Origin: Nemertoderma westbladi
Taxonomy: Eukaryota > Animalia > Xenacoelomorpha
Assembly: GCA_032718475.1 (NCBI GenBank)
Contig: JAUCBJ010006610.1
Span: forward strand, 62,001-126,000
Reading direction: 5' to 3'
DNA: 64,000 nucleotides
The position numbers were made by a program, and so were the translations under genes. Positions 35,808-49,201 of the stretch are shown piece after piece. A model generated the notes under the pieces. The model saw only the letters and a program-made list of their open reading frames with translations. It was not told where the DNA came from and did no database searches. Positions within the stretch are counted from its first letter, which is position 1; each line of letters begins with the position of its first letter.

Positions 35808-38800
35808 ATCTGCTATCTGAGTTTATTAATATCAAAATGAGTTTATGTTTAGGCTAGCGGGCGTCGCTGCCTACCTCTCGTTGCCCCCGGACAGTGGGAT
35901 TCTCAGCGCCGATGTACCGTCGTCGCGGTGTTTACGCCAACATGTAGCAACAGCACGACAACGATAACCGGCACAAGTCACTCCACTGTCCGTCCCAAAG
36001 GCTTGGATCCACTCTAGGTTCTTTCTATAGGAGAGTTGGGTTACTTTCACAATTGCGACTAGCTACTGTAAACATACTTTAGCAGTAACATTCACCTATA
36101 AATGCATAAATTCCACACAACTGTCACCAATTGTACACATACAGGCCATTTGTCCGTTAGTCAGTGCCTTCCAGAATGTCACGTTATTACTGTGTATCCT
36201 TGGATACTAACAGTGTGCTATGTATTCTCTATGCTATGCAATGGGACAAGCTTTCTATTGTTCTTTTAACTTGCTTCTAATTCTAGCGTGGGTGTTGCTA
36301 TGGTGACATTATGGAAAGCTAGCGGTAGAATTAGGGTAATTCTCATGCATACAGATCTGGAATGCTATTTAATAGTAATTCTTTAATTGTCAATATCCTC
36401 TCTATGCATGATTTTATTAATTTTTATCGGCTATTGACTATATGTTGGAGATTCTCGCACTCTAATATACTCAAGAGGATGAATCTCCGCTCCCATGATC
36501 TATTAATTAATGGAATTTTGGGAATGTTATAAATTGCACAAAATGACAATTTATGAAATTCATTTAAAATATGAATTTAAATTTATTCCCGTGAATTTTA
36601 TTATTTGATGTTAAAATTGACACAATTTTTATTCCAGAGCATGTCTGGGGACTTTAACCACTGATTCTAGAATTTGTCTTTCAAGTATATCGGTGGGTGC
36701 CGCGATATCTTAATCGACTAGAATTACAGATGGTCAAAAGGTTTAACAGATTTATTTGCGTTTTACGCTACTGTTATAGGGACATCACGCTACTATATGT
36801 ATTATTATATATGGTATGAGAGCAATATCGCACGAAGCAATGTCAGTGTGAAGAGGCAAGTCGTTTTCAAGGTCTACCCAGAGCTTGGTTTAGCCGAGAC
36901 ACGAGGATCTGAACTTTGCATTCCTAATACTCTGCCTACCAATAATACTTGAATATAGTAGTGGCTTTATTGTACTTTAATAAGTACGGACATTTCATCT
37001 TACTGTAGTCACGTATTTATAATATGATACGGACAGTAAGGAAAGAGAAAAAATTATTTCTCGCCGTCACACTAAATATATATTATATATATGTAATTAC
37101 GTAATAAACACTAATATATTGCACTAATCTACCAAATAATCTAAAATAACCTTCTACTAAATAAAATTGAATAAAAACGATTATAATAAAGTACATAATA
37201 ATGTTCACATATAAAATATAATAAAATAGATAAAATAATATAGTCATGCACCCACTCCAGACGTATCACGTTGGGGAGTCCCTAGATGTTTGAGGAATTA
37301 GGGAGGTGGTCGTGGGAAGAGTGTCTTGCCTTCCATAGTTTCCGGAGAGTTCTCTGTCTCTTTCCAGTAAACATAAACGACCAACTGGGCGGTTGAGTTG
37401 TTGCGTCTCAAAGATTATGCCTGGCTTCTTGAAGTTACGCCGCATGACGACGAGTTCTACCGAGCGTACTAAACCATCATCCGAGATGTGAGTCTCGATG
37501 ATACGACCTGTCTGCCACCGTTTACGTGGGAGGTCTGAATCTACAATAAGCACCATATCTCCGGCGCTGACGTTTTCTTGCTGCGCAAACCACTTAGTTC
37601 GAAGTTGTAGCGTGGGCAGATAATGTTTCTCGAAATGGTCAGCGAAACGACGGGATAGCAACTGCATAAGTTGCCAAGTTCGACGGCAGTATTCGTCTCC
37701 GTCGGTAATCTCCGATCGTGGGAGCATGGCTTAAGGTTTATTCAGTAGGAAGTGCGCGGGTGTTAGCGCTTCCAGGGAATCGGGACTCGATGAGACTGGC
37801 ATAAGCGGTCTCTCGTTGAGATAGGCAGCTATTTCCTCCATTAACGTCCGCAAAAGTTCGTCGGTGAGATACGCGCGGCATGGCACTATAAAGTGAAATG
37901 CGGTTTTGACACTTCTAATTAATCTCTCCCAACTTCCTCCCCACCAAGGGGCGTCGGCGGCGTTGAAGGTCCAGCTAGACGCTGTTATCCTTAGCTGATC
38001 GTCCACCTGTCTTTGGTTCCAGTCCTTCACGTAAGCCTGGATTTCGTTGTTGGCACCAATGAAGTTCGTTCCCTTATCCGATCTCATGGTATTACTAGTC
38101 CCGAAGCGAGCGATCTGTCGGCGTAAACTTAAGACGAAGCTGTTGGTAGATAGATCGTTCACCATTATCGAGATGGATGGCTCTACAAGTCATGCATACG
38201 AAGATGACACACCATCTCTTGACTATAGTCCTAGCACGATATACTTCAATAGGGCCAAATAAATCTACACCAGTATTAGTAAAAGGTGGTTCATAGAAGC
38301 TTACTCGTTCCCTAGGTAATTCTGCCTCTCGCTGTGTTAAAGGCCTACTGAATGCTTTCCTACAGGGTATGCAGTTCCTAAGAACTTGGTTCAGAGCTCT
38401 ACGGGGTTTATAAAAATAATAGCGAGTTCGGATTTCGCTAAGAACTCGTTCTCTACCAGCATGATAAAGTTTGCTGTGAACATCTACAATCATCTTGATT
38501 TGTACTTCAAGATTTCTAATGAGTATGGGGAATTTAGTGTCAAAGGATAATGGCGCATTGGTGAGCCTTCCTCCAACACGTATTAACCCATCTATCATTG
38601 TGCTAGAGAAGCGATCCCTTAAGCGCATCTGCGGATTTCTCAACAACAGGAAATACTTATCGGAATCTTCATAGCATTGCAGGAGTCTCAGTATCTGCTT
38701 ATTGGTTTCTTCGTGCTCCTGGTAACTGATTTTCTCCTTTAGAAACCGGTCAGATGTCTTATATTTGGGTAAATTTTTAATAACATGAACTTGCGCAGAT

Positions 38801-39993
38801 GTCAATGGAGCGGTATCACTAATTGTCTTCGTCCTGGAGTAGTGATGATGAAAACATCGCCTTAAATATATGACGGCTTTACAGAGCCGATTCCAGGAAC
38901 TGTAGTGAAGCATTGCTCTCTGCAGCAGGGGTGAGATTCCTTGCGAGACGTCTGGTATTCCAGATTTCCAATCTCTGTCTCTAATTTCCATGACAGACTT
39001 ATTTGTGGCGAGGGATTGTGGATCCGAAGCATCGTTTCCGGAAGTATGTAATACAGATAGATCGATCGTCGGTTTAAATAACTTCGATTTACTCGCCCGG
39101 GTTTTAGGTTTGACTTTCTCCGCTCCCTTGGCTTGTCTAATCTCCGCCGTAGTAAGGTGAGGAGGCCATTCATCCTCTTCCTTACTCAGGAAGTCGGGTC
39201 CACCCAACCAGTCTGGAGTATCTATCAGTTCCTGTGGGGTTGCTCCCCTGGAGGCGATATCAGCTGGATTAATCGTACCAGGGCAATGTCTCCATTGATC
39301 TATCTTTGTGCGACTAAGAATAATAGCTACCCTGTTAGTAACAAAAACGCTGAACTGACAGACTTCATTGGTTATATACTCCAACACGAGTAAAGCGTCG
39401 GTCCAATAAACAGTTTTCTCCAGCGGATAGTCGATTTGTTCTGTTACGTTCCGGCCGATGGCTGTAGCGTATAAAGCCGCTTTTAACTCCGCTCGAGGAA
39501 CCTTTAACTTGTTGTTAATCAATGCCTTAGAGGTAACCAAGGCGACTTTGATTCCATCCGGAGTTTCGACTCGCAGATATGCTACTATACCTATTCCCAT
39601 GTCGCTGGCGTCTCCAAACACATGGAGTTGATAGGAATATGTAGGAAGAACATGACCAAAATATGCACGGGAAATTACAAAGCTCTCGATGGCAGGTAGA
39701 GAATCTTCCCATTTCATCCACTTCTTTAACAGTTCTCCCTTAAGTGGATCGTCCCAGGAGTGGTTTTCAAGCCACATTTGTTGTACTAAACTCCGAGCAA
39801 TCAATATAACTGGGCTAATAAATCCCAATGGGTCGAAATAAGTGCTCAGGATACTTAAACAAATCTGTTTGGTCCGAACTGGATTATCTCGCTGTTTTAG
39901 CTGAAAAAACAGGATATCTCTTTCAGTGTCCCACTTCAAGCCAAGCGTCTTGGTTTCTGGAAGATATTCCTTTATTAAGTCTAGGTCGTTCGT

Positions 39994-41562
39994 TCTTCTA
40001 TTCGTTCTCTCATTATTTAAATACTGTTATCATTAAGTTACAGTCAGCCAGTTAGAGCCCTATTAACTACTTATTTGCGTTGTTGAGAGCTTTAACCATT
40101 AAAACTCTTTTTTAAATATTTTAAGATTTTAATTTAATTCGCCTTAACTTAAATAAATAAATATTTTTAATAATAATAAAAATACTACGGTACTTTAAAA
40201 TGGAATTTGTTCTGTTATATTAGGTGTATTATGTATTTTTGTGTACTATGTATTTTTTTTTTTTTTTTATTATATGATGAATATGATTGATACTAGGTGA
40301 ATACTGAATAATACCACGGTATTTTGATTAGAGAGATTAATACTAGGGTATTTTGATACGGTATTTTGATTAGAGGTGAACACTAGACAATACTACGGTA
40401 TTTTGATTTTGATTAGAGAGATTAATACTAGGCTATTTTGATACGGTATTTTGATTAGATGTGAACACTAGACAATACTACGGTATTTTGATTAGTGGTA
40501 AATATAATTAATGCTACAGTATTTTGAATAGAGGTGAACACTAGACAATACTACGGTATTTTGATTAGTGGTGAATATAATTAATGCTACAGTTTTTTGA
40601 ATAGAGGTGAACACTAGACAATACTACGGTATTTTGATTAGTGGTGAATATAATTAATGCTACAGTATTTTGAATAGAGGTGAACACTAGACAATACTAC
40701 GGTATTTTGATTAGTGGTGAATATAATTAATGCTACAGTATTTTGAATAGAGGTGAACACTAGACAATACTACGGTATTTTGATTAGTGGTGAATATAAT
40801 TAATGCTACAGTATTTTGAATAGAGGTGAACACTAGACAATACTACGGTATTTTGATTAGTGGTGAATATAATTAATGCTACAGTATTTTGAATAGAGGT
40901 GAACACTAGACAATACTACGGTATTTTGATTAGTGGTGAATATAATTAATGCTACAGTATTTTGAATAGAGGTGAACACTAGACAATACTACGGTATTTT
41001 GATTAGTGGTGAATATAATTAATGCTACAGTATTTTGAATAGATGTGAACATTAAATAATACTACGTCGTGGTTGTCTAACATCATATAATTATGTATTT
41101 TGATTAGACAGAGGTGAATATGATTACCACAGTATTTTGCTTAGAGATGAATATAAGTAATACTACAGTATTTTGTTTAGAGGTGAACATGATTAATACT
41201 GTACTACAGTATATTGAATAGTGATCAATACTACGGCGATTAATACCAAATACCAGTATATTTCAACCGTATGTTATTATTTCGTCCAATTAATTTGCAT
41301 ATTACTGTATTATGACACTGTATATATTTTCATGTTTTATTTTATCCATATGTAATTTTAAACGATTTTAAATTTAAGCTGCATAAATCATTTTAAGAGG
41401 GGACCTGCATGGAAACGAGTTCTATGAACTCATGCAGTTATCCCCGTCAGAACATTTTATTAGATAACCTTTAACATATAAATGTATATTATGTATATGT
41501 TCTTATGTATATGTATTTCTGTGTATTTCATGCGTTTCTGACAATAAACAACTTCAACTTCA
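39994..41562 (+). mobile_element. Non-coding retroposed insertion with a LINE-like 3' end interrupting the BEL-2 RT
   Basis: Removing it restores ...PVEDRS-TNDLDL.... It ends in AATAAAC(AACTTC)n after a stem-loop-like 3' UTR (CTGCATG...CATGCAG). No ORF; ends are approximate because of microhomology. Confidence 0.8.
40370..41065. repeat. 73-bp minisatellite (two related ~36-bp halves), about 8-9 copies
   Basis: Unit GAGGTGAACACTAGACAATACTACGGTATTTTGATTAGTGGTGAATATAATTAATGCTACAGTATTTTGAATA; starts at 40531 and 40604. Confidence 0.95.
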
Positions 41563-44500
41563 ACTTCGGTCTTCTACCGGTATCGCTTCCAGAAACTCAC
41601 GGGAGTTGCTGGTGAATTTCGTCAGTCGAAATCCACCTCTTTTCAAACACTCTACCGTTCCTTTCGCGACATCAATGGCTTCTTCTACTGATGGAAGGGA
41701 CTTTAAATTGTCGTCCATGTATATATCGCGCTTGATGTTATCTATCACCTCTTTGGAGAAGGCGTCTCGGTTGTCATTCGCAGTGGTCCGCACCACGGAG
41801 CAGGCGTTGGAAGGGCTTGATATGATCCCAAAAGCCTGGATGGTCATCCAGTACTCTACCGGTTTCTGGTTGAGATCTCCTTCAGGCCACCACAGAAATC
41901 TTAGGCTGTCTCTATCTCTATCCAGCGCCTTGACTTGTAAGAACATTCCTTCTATATCGGAGGCGAACGCGATGGAATATTGTCTTAATCTTAAAAGTAT
42001 TCCCAACAAAGATTGGAGTAAGTTGGGTCCTGGTAACAACTCGGAATTGAGGGATTGGCCCATATATAGAGCGGAGCCATCGAATACAACTCGTACTTCA
42101 TGGGGTTTACCGGGTTTGGGAACGTAATGATGTGTTAAGTAATACGTTCTCTCAGTTACTGGTGTTCCTTCCGGTACTCGCTCCGCGTATCCTTTTGTAA
42201 TAAATTTCTTCAACTTAGTTTGGTACATTTCTTTAGCTGAAGCATTAGCCGTAAGGCATCGATGTAATTGAGTGATTCTTTTCTCTGCCAAGGGTCTGTT
42301 ATTTATAAATCTAGGTTCCTGTTTTCGAAATGGTAGGCCGATTTCATATCTACCTTGATCTTTTAAAAAACGTGTAGTTGTTTCCTGGATTTGCTTGGCT
42401 CTTTCTTCTTCTATCGATAGGGCCTTATCGTATGAATTGGGCTCTACCAATTCTTGAGTAAAGAATCGTATGGCGAGTTCGTCCCGAGTTCTAGCGTTGT
42501 AGCGCTCTATCTCATCATTTAGTTCGTCATTGTAATCAATGGGTCCCGATGGGCGAATCAGTTGACATAGGTTCACCTGGTTTTTCCAAGTTTTGTTTTC
42601 TGTAATTAGGTCGATTGTGTCTTCTTCATCGAAGAGTTGGTAGATGTCGTCATTATCTGAGGAGTATGGTGTTCCCTCAGTTAGTTCGTCCACCTCACTG
42701 CTCTCCACTTCCCAATCATTTACTTGGTATATTCTTTCTTGTGGTAGTCTCTCTTTGAGAGTTCTGCGGGAAGGGCCAGTAAAGTACCAACCTACTCTAG
42801 TTCTTACCGCATAGGTTTGTAGTGGCTGCGGTTGAGCAGGCCATTTCTCCAATGTCTCGAGCGCCTCATGCGCGTTTTGGCCGATGAGTATTTGTACTCC
42901 AGGATAATCTGTCTGGAATCGAGGTATCTTAAGCTGTTGGATGCTCTCGTCCTCGTCCCAGTTATAAGGTTCTACTTGGGTAGTAGCGAAGTTCTTTATA
43001 GCCACCATTTTTACTGACCTTATACTTTGTGCTCCTGATTTATCCTGGGGGGTGGACAACGCACCTACATAGTAATCTGCCATTATGGTAGATTTCCAAA
43101 CCTGCATAATTCCGGACATATTCAACTTAGTTTGGAATTTGGGTTGTCCAGCAAAGATATCTTCGGCTAGTTCTTGATCGATGAATGTTCCTGTGCTGCC
43201 GGAGTCAAGGAGGGCGTTCACTATGTAACTTTTGTTAGGACCGTGAACTCTTACCTGCACTACAGGAAATTCTCTGATTCCTATGTTGGAAGTTGGAGCT
43301 TTCCAAGATGGTTGTCTGTCAAAGGTAGTTGGGGGGAACTCATTGTCGGTGTCCTTTTCATAAGTAAGTGCTCGATACACCGCGGTATTTATTAGGTAAC
43401 AGGATTCGTTGGCGTCGGAGAATTCGTCAGTATAGAATCCTTCCATCTCAGACTCTTGATCAGTGTCATTTACATCACTGAATTGGACATGTAGTTCGGG
43501 CTCACTTACCTGACTCGGGTTGTTTCGTTCGAACTCACTGTGTAACAAGATGTGATGTTTCGCGCCGCACTTTGCACACTTTACGTCTGAGTAACAGGTT
43601 CGCCGTTGGTGTCCTGATCTGAGGCAATTATAGCATAACTGCTTATCCCACATGACTTCACGTCTGTCTACAAGGGATTTCTTTAGGAATTCAGCACACG
43701 CACTCAAACGGTGGGGCCTGTCGCACAGCGCACAGTTTGGTTTGATGTTACTCACTTTACCCTGGGTAACTTGATGCACTCTCGTTCTTTCTTCGGGCTT
43801 TCTTCGGTGCATTCTGTTAGGAGACTGAGGAGGAGTCTTGGCAACCTGTTCTCTCCTATCGTTGGTTCGAGCCTTGTATTTACTTACGTCTTTGGAGGTT
43901 TTGTTAACGTAGTAAAATTTGTCAGTGTCTTTTCCGCTGTCCTCTTCTTGAGAAGCTTGGCTTTCGCCATCGTCAGTGTAACACACTGGTGTTACTCTTC
44001 TCCTAGAAACGGGTTTCTCACTTACCTTATTTTCCGATGTTTTCTCTCTGGACTGCTTTATGAGTTGTAGTTTTACTTCACCATCTAAGAAGGACATGAG
44101 ATCAGCCATGGTAGGGCCTCGTTGTTGCTGCTCATTCATATACAACACTTTCTTATCCCAGCGTGTACATACTCCACCCATGACCATGGAACTCTGATAT
44201 TCATGAGACTTACCTAACCAGTCCAATTGTCTACAGATCTCTTGAATCTCATCGGAAAACTCTATAATCCCGCTACTAAGGAAGTTTCGGGGGGCTACTA
44301 ATTTTGCATACAAATACTTAATTATGTTATCCTTGTTACCATACCTGATGTTTAATGTGTCCCAAACTTGTCTTAATCCATCTGGATGTCCAATAAACTT
44401 TAACGCCATTAACTTGGGAGGTCCTTCCAAGCACTTGATGAGGAATCTAAGTTTCTCTCCGTTAGATAGTACAGAGTTCTGTATGCTATCTTTGTAATAT

Positions 44501-47500
44501 TCATTGAAAGGTAACCATTTCATCTCATCTCTATTGAATTTGACGATCTCTCCCACTTTGACCGCTTGGCGGGCTTCTGTTCTAGCCATCTGACGCGTGA
44601 AGCTTTCTTGGGCCATCGTGTTATTTAATATCGAATTATCGGTATATGAATTTCTCGGATTATTATCAGGTCTATATGGAATATCATTAACAACAGGTTT
44701 ATAATCACCCTTAATAGGGTTTGCTATAGGAGTTTCTACTTCACTAGCAGTATAGATGCGTGTAGGCTCCACACCTTGCGCATGTAATACTTCAGACCTA
44801 ACAGGTTGACACAATGTTACTGGGGGTATTGGTATACCCCTTTGTATATTGACTAATTTGTCGCGTTCTAGCGCGATGCTTTGCTGCACTTCTTGCAATT
44901 CTGCCCTACTTTCCCTTACTGTTCCCTTAAGTTGGTGGACAGTCTCCTGCATCTGTCCGAGCAGGAGATTCATCCCTCGCCGTCCCTCCTCTACCCACTC
45001 GACCGCCGAAGCGGGAGTCGCCAACATTGTAGCGGGCCGATGCGGGACGACGGGAGACAAATCTTTGATTTCTCTCTCAGCTTCCAGGACCTGGATATTC
45101 TCATGGACTGTTCTACCGGGTACAGGCAGTGTAGTACTGTGTAAAGGGAATTTAGAGTTAAGCTCTGGAAGTACAGGGGTCTCTAGCACAGGAGTGGCTT
45201 TGGGAACGACAGGCCTAATTATTTCAGGCTCATCAACTATTGTAGGGAGTCTTTTGACCTGAATAATTTGGTCTGTGGGTTCTGTACTACCTAAGTCTGT
45301 GCTAGCTAGTTGTCTTCTAACCGCTGGGGGCAAATCAGGCAATTTGTGACGGTGAGATGTTTTTCTACGCCTGCTTAGACAAGATCTATTTCCTCCGCCT
45401 TCAGGATCGGTGGTCTCGCCTTCCTCCAATGATGTGTATCCCTGGCGTTTGGGAGTAGATCGTCTCATCATCTGCATTTGACTAGCAGTTAACTGTTTAT
45501 TTATGTTGTCTTGCGTCTCTTGCAGATTTTCCAACTCCAGTTGGGTAGTCTCCTCAGACGCTCTCCATTCTGCTTCTGCCACTGCCTTTGCTGCCTTTCT
45601 TTCTGCTTCTGCTTCTGCCGCCGCTGCCTTTGCTGCCTTTCTTTCTGCTTCTACTTCTGCCATTGCCGCTGTTACTGCTGCTGCCTTTCGGTCCTCTATC
45701 CGTTTTTTCTTTACTTATTCTTCTTGGACTCTAGCGAGGCGGAGTTTTTCATCAAATTTAGCTTGGTTTGCAGCTAACATTTCCGCATCGATTGAGTCCA
45801 ACACAAGCTTGGCTCCTTCACTATTGGGGCGAAGTCCAGCCAGTCGTCTCCTCAACTCTTCATCACCTAAGAAGCGTTGATAGTCTGACAGATAGATGTC
45901 GATGGCGTCTCGCGTTCGCGGTCTCTCTGCTGTCCCTTCGCTTTCCACTTGAGAAAGGGTGGCATCGGTTGGTTCCTCATAGGTTGGTCTCTCAGCCAGC
46001 TGGGATTTCCACTGGGCCGTTTCTTGTACTTTGAGACCTACCCGCTGGAACCAAGTCTTGACAGCAACCTGCGGCGACGTGTCCTGTCTTCTTTTGGAAG
46101 TTTCCTCAAAGGCTGATAGGATTAGTCTAATGCGTAGGGTTCTTTCGCGTACTTGATATAGCAGCTCTTCCTGCTCTTGAGGTCCTTGGGGTTGTCGAAA
46201 CAGTTGTTCTTCTAATCGCTCTAAGGAGCCGAAGAATCCCTGCACATATCCTGCTGCTGACCTCTTCCAAACAGCTGGATCCATCGTATCTTTAGTCACT
46301 CCCATCCTGTGTATGTCTTCCCAAGTAGCTTCGGACAAATCTAACGGGAGTCCGGGTCCGGGAAAGTTCCATTGTGACTCGACAATAGACATCAATTCTT
46401 CCCTGGCGTATCCCGCATAACTATCTTGGGTCGCTCGCTTACTTCTCGCCCAATCGACTTGGTGTTCCTCCACCGCAATCAATATAGTAGTTAGTACTGC
46501 GGCAGGAAGGGTGAGAAGGGGATCCGAGTAGGCCGTAGCCGCCATCTTCACTCCGCGTTCGGGGGTCAGCTCTACGGTATCCAAACTACTGGAGCTATCG
46601 GGTTGCTGGGAACGAGTTTCTTGACTAGGATGTTGCTGCTGTTGGACAGCTGCTTCTTGGTTCCGTTTGACCTGGGCCCGAGTGCCGATGATAGACCTAC
46701 GGTGTTGGATTAGCCTAGGGTCTGATACTACTACTAGAGGGATGACCTTTCTTTCAGTAGGAGGTGAGCTGAACCCCTTTCTTAATTGCTCCACACTCCT
46801 ATCTGTGTCACAGATGGTTGTATCGATTAGACTGTCTGACAGGTTTTGCTGGGTGTCAGACATGTTTATCTATACAGTTGAATGCTTACTGCTATAGTTA
46901 CAGTTAAAGCAAGTCTAGTAATTCAGTATGACCGTTGGCCTAGTACCGGTAATTTATTACAGTATATTAGAATACCGGTATACACTTATAATATATATAA
47001 GTATTGTAAACTAGGTTTGTCTCAGAATACCGGTATATAATTTTAACACAAATATATATAAATATACAATAGGCCTATCGTGAATACCGGTATACAGCCT
47101 ACACTTATAGTATATAAGTATAATTCTGGACTAGAATTAATTACAGAATACCGGTATAATTTCAGCCTAAATTTATAGAAATAAAGATAATAGGCCTATC
47201 GTAAATACCGGTATATCAATTATTTAAATAATTGAATTTCTGAATTTTAAAGGTTACTTAGTTACTTTAACTTACTTTATTACCGTTATTTAAGCAGTAG
47301 TCCAACTGATATTGAGACCTAGTTGTTGTATGGCAGGCCTACTATTTATAAATCGTTTGAGTTGATTTATAATATATATATACCCGTTTAAAATGGGTTT
47401 TGTCAATATTTGAAATAAATGTTATTATTTCTGGGGGAGTCACTACACAGAAGCAGTGCGCTCTCAGTGAAGTGCTACTTATTGGACACTAAAACAGATA

Positions 47501-48204
47501 ATTCTAATTTACCTAAGTTACTTAATACTACAAATTACGTACGATACGGGTGAGATTAATTCTCTAATTAAAACACAACAAAATATTACGTATGAAATTT
47601 TAGGGTAATTTTACAGGGAAACTACAAACCAGTCTAACAAAGGGTTAGAACTTCTGGTTATTACAACAGACAGGATACTACGGTATTTGAAAATAATAAG
47701 TAGTAGTAAATATGTTGCGCTGTCCAGATAGGAAAATACCACCGTCTGACGACCTATAGCCGTATCGCTATAGGTACTACGTTATGTATCACGGAGTGTT
47801 CCTACCTAGAAGTTAATTACCGCGGACTACCAGATCCAACGTGCCTATTAACCACTTTACAACACAATACACTGCCTACACACTAATTACTTTCGGAAAG
47901 CACTGTACACCAAACCCTAAATTAGGTACAAGTACTTATTAAAAACAGATAACTAGCAGTTAAATATACTTGAACAGTTAAAAGAACCACGGCATCTGCT
48001 GGAGTGACCGGAGCACAAAGTCACCAGTCTTTACCTACGCCAAGCAGCCCGTGTAGTACCGGGGTTAATTTAACTATAACGGTATGTGTAACAAGCACAA
48101 TTACTGTAGGAATAAACTTGGGGACATGAATGTTGCGAATAATCGCATAAACTCTGAATAATAAATATTACGCTACCCGTACAGAATACTCAAACAAAAT
48201 ACAA

Positions 48205-48735
48205 ACCAAACGCTGGCAGACTACCATCAAGCCTAAATAAACTACAGTATGTGCAGATTCCGAAATGGTTAGTTAGTATGCGTTCTAACACGGTAGTACG
48301 ACTTATTCTTTAGGAGGGGATTGACCTTACAGCTCTGGCTGCCCCAACTTACTAACTGGCACTTTATCAGACAAACTCTACACACGCAGCAATCTCTTCA
48401 GACCTAATAATAGCTAGACAACAATCCAGCCTACAAAATATCTGAGTAATAACTATTACGGTACCTGAACAGACCACACAAACAAACATAGGCTAAAACG
48501 CTGGCAGACTACTATCGAGCCTAAATAAACTACAGTATATGCAGATTCCAAAATGGTTAGTTAGTATGCGTTCTAACACGGTAGTACGACTTATTCTTTA
48601 GGAGGGGGTTGACCTTACAGCTCTGGCTGCCCCAACTTACTAACTGGCACTTTATCGGACATACACTCTACATGCACTGCAATCCGTTCAGACCTAACAA
48701 CAGTCAGAACAACAGTCCAGCCTACAAATTATCTG
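48205..48735. repeat. Tandem duplication of about 290 bp in the BEL-2 leader
   Basis: AAACGCTGGCAGACTAC...CCAGCCTACAAA occurs twice (about 48208-48438 and 48496-48729); BEL-1 has one copy near 10150-10385. Confidence 0.85.
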
Positions 48736-48911
48736 TACAATCTGAGCAGGGTTACACGCCTTCTGCTCAATATTAACTTACACGTAAATAAAACTGACAG
48801 AAATAAGTAAACTATACAAAAGAATGACGGGTGATCAATCCCTATTCTCCTGACAGCCTACAATATACAATAGATCTCAATCGAAATAATACTAATGTAC
48901 TTATACTGGAA

Positions 48912-49152
48912 GTACCGGTTAGGACAGTTGGGCCTACAGACCTACAGCAGTACCGGTTCAGGCAGTTAGGCCTACGGACCTACAGCAGTACCGGTTCAGG
49001 CAGTTAGGCCTACGGACCTACAGCAGTACCGATTCTGGCAGTTGGGCCTACGGACCTACAGCAGTACCGATTCTGGCAGTTGGGCCTACGGACCTACAGC
49101 AGTACCGGTTCAAGCAGTTGGGCCTACGGACCTACAGCAGTACCGGTTCAGG
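48912..49152. repeat. 38-bp tandem repeat (about 6 copies) in the BEL-2 leader just inside the 5' LTR
   Basis: GGCAGTT(A/G)GGCCTACGGACCTACAGCAGTACCGGTTCA at 48961, 48999 and onward. Confidence 0.95.
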
Positions 49153-49201
49153 TTTACCGGTCGACCGGTACTTTCAACTTTATTGCTTACTGCAATAAAG
49201 A

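Larger units (their letters stand above)
37266..46863 (-). pseudogene. gag-pol polyprotein of BEL-2 (about 2,670 codons when repaired), disabled
   Basis: Zn knuckles CALCDRPHRLSAC, CYNCLRSGHQRRTC and CAKCGAKHHILLH; protease ALLDSGS; RT YMDD; RNase H FGDAS; integrase HAG...CIPC, GVDLFGP, RSDKG, WERLI; C-terminal WQTGRI...DGLVRSV. Lesions: in-frame TAA at 45715-45717, 1.57-kb insertion at 39994-41562, frameshift near 38166, in-frame TAA at 37731-37733. Confidence 0.96.

Noticed and set aside
45715-45717. Programmed stop-codon readthrough between the 382-aa and 1367-aa ORFs
   Set aside because: The homologous BEL-1 region (ORF 4899-5399) is open across this position, and BEL-2 has other disabling lesions, so a nonsense mutation is simpler.
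41606-46897. + strand ORFs antisense to gag-pol (for example 41606-42127, 44849-45262)
   Set aside because: Typical shadows of a long coding strand with no independent motifs.
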